In this document: in pieces, positions 41,996 through 55,093 of the stretch
How the letters are laid out: the number at the start of each line of letters is the position of its first letter
How positions within the stretch are numbered: position 1 is the first letter of the stretch
Notes under the pieces: generated by a model
The model's database searches: none
The model's input: the letters and a program-made list of their open reading frames with translations, nothing else
What the model was told of the DNA's origin: nothing
Origin: Octopus vulgaris
Lineage: Eukaryota
Direction: 5' to 3'
DNA: 64,000 nucleotides
Assembly: GCA_951406725.2 (NCBI GenBank)
Contig: OX597839.1
Location: 34,410,001-34,474,000 of the forward strand
Position numbers and translations under genes: made by a program

Positions 41996-42792
41996 ATTGA
42001 TTTCTTTTGTCTAAGATTAATTTTTGTAGCAATGGACTTTGTGCCCCACCACTTTAATCTTTACGATATTTCATCTCAAGATTCAAAAGTTACAACGTAC
42101 GGTGCAGGATGAAGGCCTACTATATACACTCACTGTATCTCACTCCTGTACAAAATTTGACCTTTTTATTATCTGGCTTAGTCAGAATAGGAAGGACAAG
42201 GGCTTCTGACTTTTTCAGGGCTTTTCTTCTTTTTTCTTTCACAGTCTGCAAGATGACTGATGGAAGGAAGTAATCCTCCGACTAGTGTGACCAAGCCTTA
42301 ATTAATGCTTGCAACAGGTTCGGCTCTGATAAATACACCCATTGACCCTGGTGCCTTGAACCCACACAACGCAGGAGATGAACAACATAGCTTTTGTGAC
42401 TTTGATGCTCATTTACAACTATCACAGGCCATCAAGGCTTGGGTACATACCCAGCCCCACCCACACACACACACGCATGTATGTGTGTATGTGTATATGT
42501 ATTTATATATGTATGTATGTACACACACAGTTGCATGTATGTGTAGGCATGTATTTATATATGTATATACACACACACACACATATGCATATATATATTT
42601 TATATATCATCACCATCCTCATTGTTTAACGTCCTCCTTCCATGCTGACATGGATTGGATGGTTTGACAGGAGCTGACTAGGCAGGAACCTGCATCATAC
42701 TTCTGTGTTTTGGCGTGGTTTTTATGGCTGGATGCCCTTCCTAACACCAGCAACTTCATAGAGTGGGCTGAGTGCATTTTACATGGCACTCG

Positions 42793-42829
<37 letters not shown>

Positions 42830-43470
42830 CCTCTTTGCTTAGCCAGTGGGATGGCATCATTCAAAAGTTAAAAACGATGTAAAGCGCATTGTAAGCAGTG
42901 ATGTATAACAATATCCCATAGTCTGGTCAGTCGTGTGATATACATGTATGGATGGATGTATATGGATACACAGACATCTTCAAGAGTAAATAGATACCCT
43001 CATCATCATCATCATCATTGATTAACATCTGCTTTCCATGCTGGCATAGGTTGGACAGTTTGACTGATGACTGACAAGCCAGGAGGCTGCACCAGGCTCC
43101 AATCTGATCTAGCAAGATTTCTACGACTGGATGCCCTTCCTAACACTAACCACCCCGAGAGTGTAGTGGATGCTTTTTACATGCCACCAGCATGGGGGCC
43201 AGTCAGGCAGAATTGGCATCGACTATGCTCAAACGGTGTTTCAAGCATGGTCGAAGCTCATTTTTGTTTTTCTGTGGGTGTTTTTTAAGCTTTATTTCTG
43301 ACAACACAACAATGTCGTGTGATACATTTAAATACCTAATCTAGAATTTAGTAGACATGCCTTGTGCAGTTTCTAATGACTCCACCCATTTGGTTATTGC
43401 ACTAATGAGTAATGTCCACAGAGATAAAACAGTTCAACTAAGGGTGCTAATTTACTTTTGAGGTGTCTTT

Positions 43471-43669
43471 TTTACTCTCTTTACTTGTTTCAGTCATCTG
43501 AGCGTGGCCATGCTGGAGCACCGCCTTTAGTCGAGCAAATCGACCCCAGGACTTATTTCCTTTTAAGCCTAGTGCTTATTCTATCAGTCTCTTTTGCCGA
43601 ACCGCTAAGTTACGGGGACATAAACACACCAGCATCGGTTGTCAAGCAATGCTAGGGGGACAAACACAG

Positions 43670-43706
<37 letters not shown>

Positions 43707-43880
43707 CACATATATACGACAGGCTTCTCTCAGTTTCCGTCTACCAAATCCACTCACAAAGCTTTGGTCAGCACAAGGCTATAGTAGAAGACACTTGCCC
43801 AAGGTGTCATGCAGTGGGACTGAACCCAGAACCATGTGGTTGGTAAGCAAGCTATTTACCACACAGCCACTCCTGTGCCT
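43471..43880 (-). mobile_element. SINE family A, full length
   Basis: Reverse-orientation copy. Confidence 0.9.
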
Positions 43881-44790
43881 GTGTATGATATATTTCTACG
43901 GTGGGCTTTTTTCTATTTTCCCTCTTCTAAATTCACTCCCAAATCTGTATTCGACCGAGGGATTTAGTAGAAGACACTTGCCCAAGGTGCTGCTGCACCA
44001 GGACTGAACCTAGCACCTCATGGTTGGGAAACGAGACTCTTATCCACACAGCCAACAGCCAACAGATTATAAGATAATAGGGATATACAGAAACGTGCAG
44101 GTGTGTAAGACTCATCCAACTTAGGTGAGTAATAGGGAAATTGGGTTTTAAGTAAATGATAATTAAGATACTACAGACTCACTCTAGATTATTCTTGGGT
44201 TAATTATAGAAACAACCATTTTTTTTTTTTACTGTTTCATTGTTTTTTTTCTTGTTTCCATTTAAATTACTTTCCATCTCTTCTAGGATCATCTTCAGGC
44301 TTCGTATTTGTAAACCTTAAATTCATTAATATTATGTATGTGTAACGCAGCAAGCTGGTAGAATCGTTAGTGCGTCAGGCCAGATGCGTGGTGGCATTTC
44401 GTCTTGAAGTCCTGAGTTCAAATACCACCAGAGTCAACTTTGCCTTTCGTCCTTTTGGGGCTCAATAAAATAAGTACTAGTCAAGCACCGTGGTCAATGT
44501 AATCAATTTACCTTAACCCCCTCCCCGAAATTGCTGGCCTTGTGCCAACATTTGAAATCAATATTAACGATGTGTTTAAATGTGAAGTACGCATAATATT
44601 CTGTGCATCAGTTAATTTGGTGTATGTGTGTGTGTGTGTGTGTGTGTGTTTCTTTGTATTTTATGATAACATGTTTGGCCATTGATATATATTCATAAAT
44701 AATTATCAATTGTTTATAAAATATCGTCCGTTTAATTATATGTATATATTTGTGTGTATATATATATATATGTGTGTGTGTGTATATATA

Positions 44791-44825
<35 letters not shown>

Positions 44826-45022
44826 GTGACCTCGTTTGTACTGTTGGGGATTTTTTTTCCTCTGTCTTCCCTTCTCTGGATCTTTCCTTCTCCTATGTTT
44901 CCGACGAAGAGCTCCATTCGAAACGTTAAGCTCTCCTTTCCTTCTTTCCTGAGTGTCCAGTAATACTATATTTGTTCCACATCCTCGCGTTGTTGTGTTT
45001 TCTTGTGCTTTCATGTTTGGAT

Positions 45023-45027
<5 letters not shown>
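44826..45027 (+). mobile_element. Second copy of the Penelope-like fragment (motif at 44897-44930)
   Basis: Colinear with 33161-33363 and inserted in (TA)n. Confidence 0.65.
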
Positions 45028-45079
<52 letters not shown>

Positions 45080-45752
45080 TCCATGCTTGACAAAGGTTGG
45101 TTGGTTTGACAGGAACTCATACGCCTTAAGGTTGCAGTGAGCACCAATGTCTGCTTTATTACAGTTTCTGCAACCAGATGCCCTTCCCAATGCAAACCAT
45201 TTTGCAGAGTGTACTGAATGTTTTTTTTTTTTCATGATGCCACCCCTAGTGAGTATTCACAAGTACTCACAAGACAAGACCTCCTCACTTGAGCTGGGTA
45301 TAATATTAACTGGCACAATGTCAGTTACGACGACGAGGGTTCCAGTTGATGCAATCAATGGAACAGCCTGCTCGTGAAATTAACATGGCAAGTGGCTGAG
45401 TACTCCACAGACACATGCACCCTTTACATGGACACAACACGTTGCCGGGAATGGAACTCATAACCTTACGATCATAACCCAAATACCCTAACCACTAAGC
45501 CATGCACTTTCACAGTATAATATTGAAGGATGTGATTTTATGACAGGACCTCAGCTTTGTTGAGATGGACAGCTCTTCTCAGGCACAACATATCACCCTT
45601 CTCCATGGTCCTTTCTCATCTCCTTCATGAGCCCCAGAATTTTGAGGTCTGTCTAGTGTCTTCACTGTCACAAAATTAGCAAGGTGCTTAACGAAGAAAT
45701 CTCTCTCTCACTCTCTCTCCTTCTCTTTCTGTATATCTGTTACTATTTATCT

Positions 45753-45899
45753 CCACATGGTTCTGGGTTCAATCCCACTGCGTGGCACCTTGGGCAAGTG
45801 TCTTCTGCTATAGCCCCGGGCCGACCAATGCCTTGTGAGTGGATTTGGTAGACGGAAACTGAAAGAAGCCTCTCGTATATATGTATGTATATACATATA

Positions 45900-45958
<59 letters not shown>

Positions 45959-46180
45959 GTGTGTTTGTGTGTCTGTTTTTGTGCCCCTAGCATTGCTTGA
46001 CAACCGATGGTGGTGTGTTTATGTCCCCATCACTTAGCAGTTCGGCAAAAGAGACCGATAGAATAAGTACTGGGCTTACAAAGAATAAGTCCCGGGGTCG
46101 ATTTGCTCGACTGAAAGCGGTGCTCCAGCATGGCCGCAGTCAAATGACTGAAACAAGTAAAAGAGTAAAAGAGTAAAGAG
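45753..46180 (+). mobile_element. SINE family A, 5'-truncated
   Basis: Begins at ccacatggttctgggttcaatccc and ends ~310 nt before exon 46493. Confidence 0.88.
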
Positions 46181-46492
46181 TATATCTAGATAAATATATA
46201 TAGACACATTGAACTGAATTGAACTGGTTTCAGCTGATGAGCTGTGGCCATGCTGGAGCACAACACGAACATATGTTATTGGTGTATGCATACATCTGTA
46301 TTATATAACTGTGTTCAAGTGCCTGCTTGTTGTACAAACGTATAAATTATATAATAGTTTGTCATTATATATGAATGTATTGGCTTTGGTAAATGCTTCT
46401 TCTCACACACACTCGTTCTATGTATAATGTATGTACAAATGTGTAAGCTGGAGTACATAAGCAGATGTTCTAATTAATCCGTTTATATTTAG

Positions 46493-46675
46493 CTGGAGCA
46501 ATTGATGAAAGGAGAAGCGTCCGAGGCTGTCGAACCAGCCCGTCGACTCATGCAGCAGAACATAGAGATGCGGCAGAAGCTGGAAGATGAACACGCCAAC
46601 TATAAGCGCAAACTCCAAGCTTACCAGGAGGGCCAGCAAAGGCAGGCGCAGCTTGTTCAGAAGTTACAGGCAAAG
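46493..46675 (+). CDS. CROCC: Rootletin-like coding exon (183 nt, phase 0/0)
   Basis: tatatttag|CTGGAG...GCAAAG|gtaaag. Encodes LEQLMKGEA...EMRQKLEDEHANYKRKLQAYQEGQQRQAQLVQKLQAK; the rootletin signature YRRKLQAYQEGQQRQAQLVQRLQ is nearly identical. Confidence 0.95.
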
Positions 46676-46749
46676 GTAAAGGAAATTAAGCCACTTTTTT
46701 TGGTTGGGCGTGGGAGGGGTGTGTGCTTTTTTTTTTTATATATTGGATG

Positions 46750-46846
46750 TTGGTGTGGTGGTGGTGGTGGTAGTGGTAGTGATAAGGCTGTGTTGATGGT
46801 TGAAGGTGTAATCATGGTGGTGATAGTGATAAGGCTATTAATGTCA

Positions 46847-46878
<32 letters not shown>

Positions 46879-47360
46879 GGTGGTGGTGCTGGTAAGGCTG
46901 ATTGTAAATGTTGGTGGTATGATGTGGTGGTTAGACTATTTGTGTTGATGATTGGTGTTAGTGGTAGGGCTAATGGTAATCATTGTAGATATCAGTGGTG
47001 GTGGTGGTGGCGGCAGCGGCAATAGTAATGGTGGTGGTGGTGGTGGCAATAGTAATGGTGGTGGTGGTGGTGGTGGTGGTGGTGGTGGTGGTGGCAGTGG
47101 CAATAGTAATGGTGGTGGTGGTGGTGGTGGCGGCAGCGGCAATAGTAATGGTGGTGGTGATGTAGTGGTGAAGCTAATAATGTTGATGATTGTAGTGGGC
47201 AATGTTGGCGAGGGTGATATAATGTTAGTGACGGTAGGAGGTGGTGGTGGTGGTGCTGGTGGTAGCGGTGACGAGGTTAGTAATGTTGATGAGTGTAGTC
47301 GGCATTGGTGGTAATAAAGCTAATAATGTTGAGGATTGTAGGAGGTGGTGGTGATGGTAT
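46750..47360. repeat. (GGT)n-rich low-complexity intron start
   Basis: Seen directly in the sequence. Confidence 0.9.
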
Positions 47361-47364
47361 AGGT

Positions 47365-47580
47365 CAGGGGCCACCCAACTACGGAGCCCACAGGCTGGAT
47401 CCAGCCCGCGAGGTCAGTTCGTCCAGCTCACCGCCACACTGCACCTTTTGTGTAAGTACCTGCAACGAGAATTCATTTTTACCTCTGGCATGGCATCAGT
47501 GTTTGGAACAACTTATGTCTGTGAGCAAACATTTTCAATAATAAAGAATGTGAAGTCAGCCCATCGAACAAGGTCGAACA
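47365..47580 (+). mobile_element. hAT (Charlie/SPIN-like) relic with a transposase dimerisation-domain fragment
   Basis: Terminus caggggccacccaac. Translates MASVFGTTYVCEQTFSIIKNVKSAHRTR (FGSTY.CEQ.FS..K..K...R.R motif). Confidence 0.75.
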
Positions 47581-49316
47581 ATATAAAGATTATTTATCCA
47601 CATTCTTTTGAATTAATCCTGCATTATCTCATAACTTTGAGAATTTGATGATGTGATTATTTATTCTTAGAAAGGTATTGTAGGGTAGGTGTGAGAGGCC
47701 AGACATGGCTGGTCTAAGCACAAATCAGGTAGAATATTTGGGCCAGATATGGCCAGTTTAAATGCTAAAGGTTGACCCTTTAGCATTCACAGATTCCTCT
47801 GTCAAAACTAATGCTTATTTATTCTCACTGTTTTGAATTAATCATGCATTTCTTTGTAGCTTTGAGAATTCGATGATATGCTGGTTTATTTTTAGAATGA
47901 CATTGTAGGGTAGGTGTGAGATGCTGGATCTGACCAGTTGGAACATAGAACAAGGAGAATATTTGGGCTGAATATGACCAGTGTAAACGCTGAAGGATTA
48001 AGAAGGGAATTGACAGGGATTCTCAATATTTCTTTCCCGTCCTCTTTCATGCACCATCTTTGATGGTATAAAAGATGACATGGGTATATTAGATCCCCCC
48101 CACACTACCACCACCATTTTAGCAGTGTATATTCCGGAAAACGCTTTTAGTGCATCAAAGCTTGTGAGGGGCCTAACTTTGCATATAGAATCCAGGATGG
48201 TTTTTTTAAGGGTGTTTTTTTTTTTTTTTTTTTTTTTTTTGCTATCAAATATGGTAGTATAATTTTGTGGAAATTAACCATCTCTGTGCTGAGTAAAACT
48301 TTGCTTGTGTTGTAACGTGCTAACCATATGCAAATCAGTTCTCATAACCTATTGACCAGTAAAAATAAAATGTGCGTTCGACGTCATGAAATGTGGACAG
48401 ATCTGGGAAATATCCCAGTGTCAAAGATGAGTTAACTTGGTTCTTGTGTCTCGCATGCACAGAACTGGGAGTTATTTGGTTCCCACACGGTAAGGGTTAA
48501 GAAAAAGAAAAGTAACAAGAAGAATATTAAAAGGACTGGAAATGAATTTTATCTGTTAAGAATATTTAAGATTTAATTAAGAAGGATAAGTAAATGAATT
48601 TATTTTTAATTAATTCTATCCAAATGGAAGTAAGTTCTTTCATTTTCCTGCTATAATTCAAACTCACAAAGTTCAGTCCCACTGCGTGGCCCCTTGGGCA
48701 AGTACCTTCTAGTATAGCCTCAGGCCGACTGAAGCCTTGTGAGTGAAATTTGGGTGATGGAAACTGAAAGAAACCTGTTGTGCATATATGTGTGTGTCTT
48801 GTTATCTTGACATGCAACAGTTCAGAATGAACATCATCATCATCATCATGCAATCGAGGTCCTTTATTTCCAATCTTCCCTGAAAAACCTGTCTGACTAT
48901 AAGAAAATATTACCTAGCTGTGAAACAGTTGAGGGTTTGTAGCAGGAAGGGCACCCACCCAGCCATAGAAAATGTGCCTCGGTGAAATCCATCCAACCCA
49001 TGCAAGCATGGAAAAGCAGATCTCAAAGCTATATTGATGATGATGACTTTTCTACATTACATGGTCATGTGGTTAAGACATTTGCTTCACAATCATTTCA
49101 CCATGTGGTTACAGGTTCAGCCCCACTGCACGGCACCTTGTATAAGTATCGTCTATCACAGTCTCAGAGAGGCTCAAGTCTTACAAAGGAAATTTGGGGG
49201 TTTTTTATCATACGCTTGTAGTTCCCTCATCCATTCCTATTTATCCATTTCAACCAAAACTAAATCTGGTTCACATGAGATTCTACAAATAATTCTTTCT
49301 GCCAATTTTCGTCTAG

Positions 49317-49397
49317 TTACTGCAGTACAAGAAGAAGTGTCAGGATCTAGAAGACACACTCCGAGGCAGCGAGATCAAATCCAGTCCTTCGTTTAAG
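49317..49397 (+). CDS. CROCC: Rootletin-like exon, variant A of a duplicated pair (81 nt, phase 0/0)
   Basis: ttttcgtctag|TTACTG...TTTAAG|gtaaac. Encodes LLQYKKKCQDLEDTLRGSEIKSSPSFK, compared with rootletin ILQYKKRCSELE. Not shown in this frame in the ORF track. Confidence 0.88.
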
Positions 49398-49460
49398 GTA
49401 AACAATGGCAATGGCTGTTATTTCTGTTAATCAATTCAATCATTTGTATTCCCAATACAG

Positions 49461-49532
49461 GTGAAACAATACAAGCAAAAATGCGAAGACCTTGAACATA
49501 GCCATCGCCAGAGTCTCAAGAATGTGGAATTG
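49461..49532 (+). CDS. CROCC: Rootletin-like exon, variant B of a duplicated pair (72 nt, phase 0/0)
   Basis: cccaatacag|GTGAAA...GAATTG|gtaaga. Encodes VKQYKQKCEDLEHSHRQSLKNVEL, paralogous to 49317-49397. Confidence 0.85.
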
Positions 49533-50989
49533 GTAAGATGTGGGAAAAACAATTCACACGCCTAAGAGTTCAAATCTACATGTTGTCTCGTTGAGCTTCC
49601 CTGCACAATCTGCTTTAGTTTTGGGTGCATTCTAACCATTTTTTCATATTTCCGTATCATTATTGTTGTTTTTTTGTTGTTTTTTTTTAGTTCTTGTGTT
49701 TTCATTTATATTTTCTTATTTTTATTCTTCCCCTGATTCAACCAATTGTTTTACAGTCTGAACTGATTTCTCTTTTTCATTTGTTTTAACCCTTTCAATA
49801 CCAATCTGCCCTGGCCTTGGTTCTCTGAGACAATCTTCATGTTTTTAAAGTCACCTAAAATGAAACCTTACAAAAAATTCCATGTTAATTTAGATTCTAA
49901 TTACCAGCTCAATAACGACAAAGTCGTTTTACTAAATTCTTCATTATTCTCAAAATTAATTAAAACAGAAGTAGTGTCATAAGTTAAGTTAATTTTTTTG
50001 GCTCAAAAAGCAAAAAGCAAGGCCATGTAGGGGGACATGGAGTTATGTACAGGGAGGGTGTTCATGCAAAGAGTTCAGGCCATTTCTGGTCAAGAGAGAC
50101 TTTGAATCGAGCGGTCGTCGGCATCTTCACTTACTCATCCGGCAGCTTATCATCATCTCATCATCATCATCATCATCATCATCATTTAACATCCGTTTTC
50201 CATACTGGCATGTGTCGGACAGTTTGACTGGGGACTGGCAAGCCAGGAGACCACACCAGTAGCAGTGCTTTTTACGTGACATAAGCATGGGTGCTGTTTA
50301 CATGGCACCAACACAAGTGTTGTTCACGTGGCCCCATCACAAGTGCTGATAATGTGACACCAAGCACAGCTGCTATTTACATGGCTCCGTCATGGGTTCT
50401 GTTTACATGACACCAGAATAGGTGCATTTTTATGCAACACCAGAATGGGTGGTTTTACGTGACGTCAGCATGAAGATGGTAATTAACTATAAATTAGAAA
50501 AGTTGATAAACGTGTAATTTACAATATCTTCATATTATTATTAATTAGGTGAGGTTCATATTTCTTTCTAAATTTGTGAAAGTGTATGGCCATACTTGAG
50601 TTTGTTGGCAAAAAAACCCCAGACAACTTACGTTATCAATTTAACACAGTTCTGTGCTTATTTAAAATATTTGTAATTTAAAACACATCACACCTCTACT
50701 TTAATAGGAGAGTCCTCCTCATCTTCTAGAGTTGAGGTCTAATGGTTTAAATTACCACTAGATTACTTCAAGTAGATCTGTGAAGAAGGAAATAACTAAA
50801 TTTGTTTACAATGCAGGATTCAAATTAACAATTCTGTTGCTCATCTCTCTCTCTGTGCTAACTGAAGTCAGTTTCTTTCAGATGTTAAACTCATTTCCTG
50901 TTATGTGAGGTCATCTTTAACTGGGAACATTGTTGTTGTTATGAGCTTTAAAAGAGAAAATAGCAACCAAAATATTGCTTTAATGTAGG

Positions 50990-51300
50990 CCTGGCTTTCT
51001 GTCGATTACAACAACGAAGGGATCCAGATGACCTGATCAGTGGAACAGACTGCTTGTGAAATTAATGTGCAAGTGGCTGAGTATTCCACAGACATGTGTA
51101 CCCTTAACGTAGTTGTCAGGGAGATTCAGTGTGACAAGGTTGGACCCTTTGAAATACAGATACAACTCACTTTTGCCAACTAAATGGACTGGAATAACAT
51201 GAAATAAAGTGTCTTACTCAAGGACACAATGTGCTTCCAGGAATCGAACTCAAGGCCATACAATCATAAACCAAATACCTGAACCACTAAGCCATGCACC
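50990..51300 (-). mobile_element. tRNA/CORE-type SINE, tail type 3
   Basis: Same head and core; distal part gtgaaattaatgtgcaagtggctgag. Partial copies at 15205-15428 and 45320-45510. Confidence 0.75.
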
Positions 51301-51509
51301 CTCTCTTTAATGTAGAAATGATAAAGAAAATGGTAAAAACTAACAGTAATAAAAATATTGTCGTAGACATTCAATCCTAAATCCATTTGGTTTTCAGAGT
51401 GAAATTTTCTTTCTTATTTCAAGGCATCAGGAAGCGTTTTTCAGTTTTATGTAAAACCGTAATTTTTCCCATCATCAGGAATTGAAGTTAGGGCAAATAT
51501 GAGATAATA

Positions 51510-51980
51510 GATCCTAGCAAAAATTTTACCGCATATGTGATCAAATATCCTTTACCATATATGTGTGTAATAGACCTTTGAAAATCTTACCACATGTGTG
51601 AGTAAATATCTGTGAAGAACTTTACCACATGTGTTGTAATAGATCCTTTAAAAGATTTGCCACGTGTGTATTGTGACATTACCTTTAAAAACTTTACCAC
51701 ATGTGGTGATGGATCCTTGAAGAACTTTACTGCATGTCATAGCAGATGTCTGGAAAGTATTACCACAGGTGTAGAAGGAGTTCCCTACAAAACTTTACCA
51801 CATGAGTGGTGATAGATCCTTGAAACGTTTTACCATATGTGTAGTAATAGATCCTTGAAGAACTTTATCACATGTGGTGATAGATCCTTGAAGAACATTA
51901 CCACATGTTGTAGCAGATATATGGAAAGTATTACCACAGGTGTAGCAGGAGTTCCCTACAAAACTTTACCACATGTGGTA
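51510..51980 (+). repeat. Degenerate ~30-35-bp minisatellite with a higher-order duplication
   Basis: Variants of aactttaccacatgtggtgatagatccttgaag; ~51690-51805 is repeated at ~51860-51977. Confidence 0.75.
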
Positions 51981-52174
51981 ATGTTCAAATATATATTCTG
52001 CCACTTTTCTTTTCGCCTAAATCACCGTTTTCTGCACTCTGAGTTTTCAGCACTGTTGTCCTTGTAGCTTTATACCTTTCATACTAACACTGACATCACA
52101 ACCTTCTCAACTATTTTCATTGCATTAACTTCACATGCCATTTGTAAACATATACATATATATATATATATATA

Positions 52175-52330
52175 TTTATTTAAAGCAGCAGAAAATTCAA
52201 CAAAACCTGTTACTCTGAGTTTCCCATTGCCGTTCGTCGGACAGTTTTTTCTAGCCAAAACTATCTGACGAACGGCAACGGGAAACTCAGAGTAACAGGT
52301 TTTGTTGAACTTTCTGCTGCTTTAAATAAA
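52175..52330. repeat. Near-perfect palindrome (74-bp arms, 8-nt spacer); Penelope-like terminal repeat in inverted duplicate
   Basis: 52175-52248 is the reverse complement of 52257-52330 with about 4 mismatches. Embedded in (TA)n. Confidence 0.85.
52257..52303 (+). ncRNA. Minimal hammerhead ribozyme motif (mirror copy on - strand at 52202-52248)
   Basis: aaaactat-CTGACGA-A-CG-GCAA-CG-G-GAA-ACTC-A-GAGT-A-acaggtttt: GNRA-capped short stem II, palindromic stem III and a GUA cleavage triplet. Confidence 0.6.
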
Positions 52331-52379
52331 GCATATTACTCTACCACTGGTATTTGAGTACTCTTTTTTTTACCTTATA

Positions 52380-52452
<73 letters not shown>

Positions 52453-52509
52453 TATGAATTTTTTTTGCAAAATTCCTGATGTAAGATCATTCGTTGAAAC
52501 AGATATTGT

Positions 52510-52930
52510 TATATTTCAGAATGGTCACTTTTGTTTTAGGGGCCAAATAAAAACCCAAACCCTATATATTCATTCTTCACTCATTTATCATTGTTCTTAT
52601 TTTATCTTGTGTCCAAAAGACAAAAGCTATATACAGAGAGGGCAGGGATACAAATGATATAGTAAACAAACCCATATGTACACGCACAGATAGACATGTG
52701 TACACACATATAGACACACACACACACATGTGCAGATCAGAATACACATCATAGAGAAATAGAATGGACTAAACAGGACAGGAGGAAGCACGTGGATAGA
52801 AGAGTCACTGAAGAGGTTACAGGTGTGTGACGAAAGATTGCCAGATAATGAACATAAGATAAAATAACAATAATGAATGAGTGAAGAACTCATTTGGCAA
52901 GAAAAAAAAAAAATGACCATCCTGAAATAC
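52510..52930. mobile_element. MITE-like element with ~90-bp imperfect inverted ends
   Basis: atttcagaatggtca...ttcttcactcatt...tattttatctt, versus aagataaaata...aatgagtgaagaa...tgaccatcctgaaat. Confidence 0.55.
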
Positions 52931-52934
52931 AAAA

Positions 52935-52993
<59 letters not shown>

Positions 52994-53644
52994 TAGTTAG
53001 TTATATATATAGTCATCTAAGTATGAGTGACTATGTTAAAATTTATACAATACAGCATTATATCTCCATTTCAGCTGATTTTCCCATATATACACACACA
53101 CGTGTATATATATATATACACACACACATATATATATCATTGGTATTATGTGAAATTGTCGTATGTCCAAATTTGGCCAAATGTGTTCCTCACCCCCCAA
53201 TATTTAATTTTGCTTTCAATGGCCAGTTCTTTTGGTCAAACTATCGTATCTCCAGCTGCTTCAAAAATTGTCAAAGCGTTGTACAACGGTTTTGCTATGG
53301 AATGGTGAAACTAATTTTTCGTTTTCTGAAAAAAAAAAAAAAAAAAGCAATGTTTTGGACTTACGACACTTTTGCATAATGGCAAACAATATGTATTGTG
53401 AGGGAATAAAATCCTTTGTAGTTTGGTGTGAGGACAAACTGTTCTCAGTTGTCATCAGTATATACTGTTTTGTTCATCATTAAAATAATTCTATCCCCCT
53501 CCCCTCAACATTTTCCCAACCATGTTTCATACAATCATGGAATACAATATTTTCTAAATTATCTGAAATTTTGTACAGGAAACATTTTATGTTTTAATAT
53601 TTTCTTACCTTTTAGAATTTGAAATTTTCTTTTGATCTGGAGCA

Positions 53645-53971
<327 letters not shown>

Positions 53972-54249
53972 TCTTTTATTATTTTTTCCCCATTTATTGT
54001 TTGTTTATATTCTGCTAATATTCCACTCATTTATTTTCCTCTAAAGGTTTTTATATACAAGTCTTCATAAATAGAATCATTTGTTTTCGTATCTGTTTGC
54101 TATTTAGTTACTACTTAACCATTCTATTACCATTTCACATGAGAAGGCCGTTGGTTCTCTGGTACAAACTTCCTGTTTTAAAGTGATCGAAATTTAAGCC
54201 TTCTTCCATCAAAATTTCATATTTATGTTCCAGACACCAACTTAATAAT

Positions 54250-54805
54250 TATTTCTACTCTAGGTACAAGGCCATGAAAATTTGGGGGGAAGGGGGCTTG
54301 TCGATTACATCGACCCCAGTGTGTAACTGGTACTTATTTCACTGACCCCTTGAAAGGATGAAAGGCAAAGTCGACCTTGGCAGAATTTTAGCTCCAAACA
54401 TAGCAGAAGACGAAATACCTATTTCTTTACTACCCACAAGGGGCTAAACACAGAGGGGGACAAAGAAGGACAGACATAGGTATTAAGTCGATTACATCGA
54501 CCCCGAAAGGATGAAAGGCAAAGTCGACCTCGGCGGAATTTGAACTCAGAACGTAGAGGCAGACGAAATACCTATTTCTTTACTACCCACAAGGGGCTAA
54601 ACACAGAGGGGACAAACAAGGACAGACATAGGTATTAAGTTGATTACATCGACCCCAATGCGTAACTGGTACTTAATTTATCGACCCCGAAAGGATTAAA
54701 AGGCAAAGTTGACCTCGGCGGAATTTGAACTCACAACGTAACGCAGACGAAATACCGTTAAGCATTTCGCCCGGCGTGCTAACGATTCTGCCAGCTCGCC
54801 GCCTT
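54250..54805 (-). mobile_element. Head-to-tail multimer of SINE family B
   Basis: Three iterations of the ggatgaaaggcaaagtcgacctcggcggaatttgaactc module joined at aaatacctatttctttactaccc. Confidence 0.85.
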
Positions 54806-55054
54806 TGATACCAGCTTAGTAATGACAAAATTAGTTTACTAAATTCTTCGTTATTTTTCAAAATTAATTGAAACAAATCTATTTCAAGAGAAATATGATA
54901 ATAAAACTGTTAAAGTGGTCTAAACTAAAACCTTCTTCCATCAAAATTCCATGTTTATTCTGTTGTTCCATGTTGCCAGATTGCTAAGTTAGAGGGACAT
55001 AAACAAACCAACACCACTTATCGAATGGTGATGTGGTGGTGGTGGTAGTGGTTG

Positions 55055-55093
<39 letters not shown>

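Noticed and set aside
41754-42014. Recurrent small ORFs such as MSSNARGTNTDTQT... and ...GLNPEPCGW, resembling a multigene family
   Set aside because: They are translations of SINE family A; frames and stops vary among copies.
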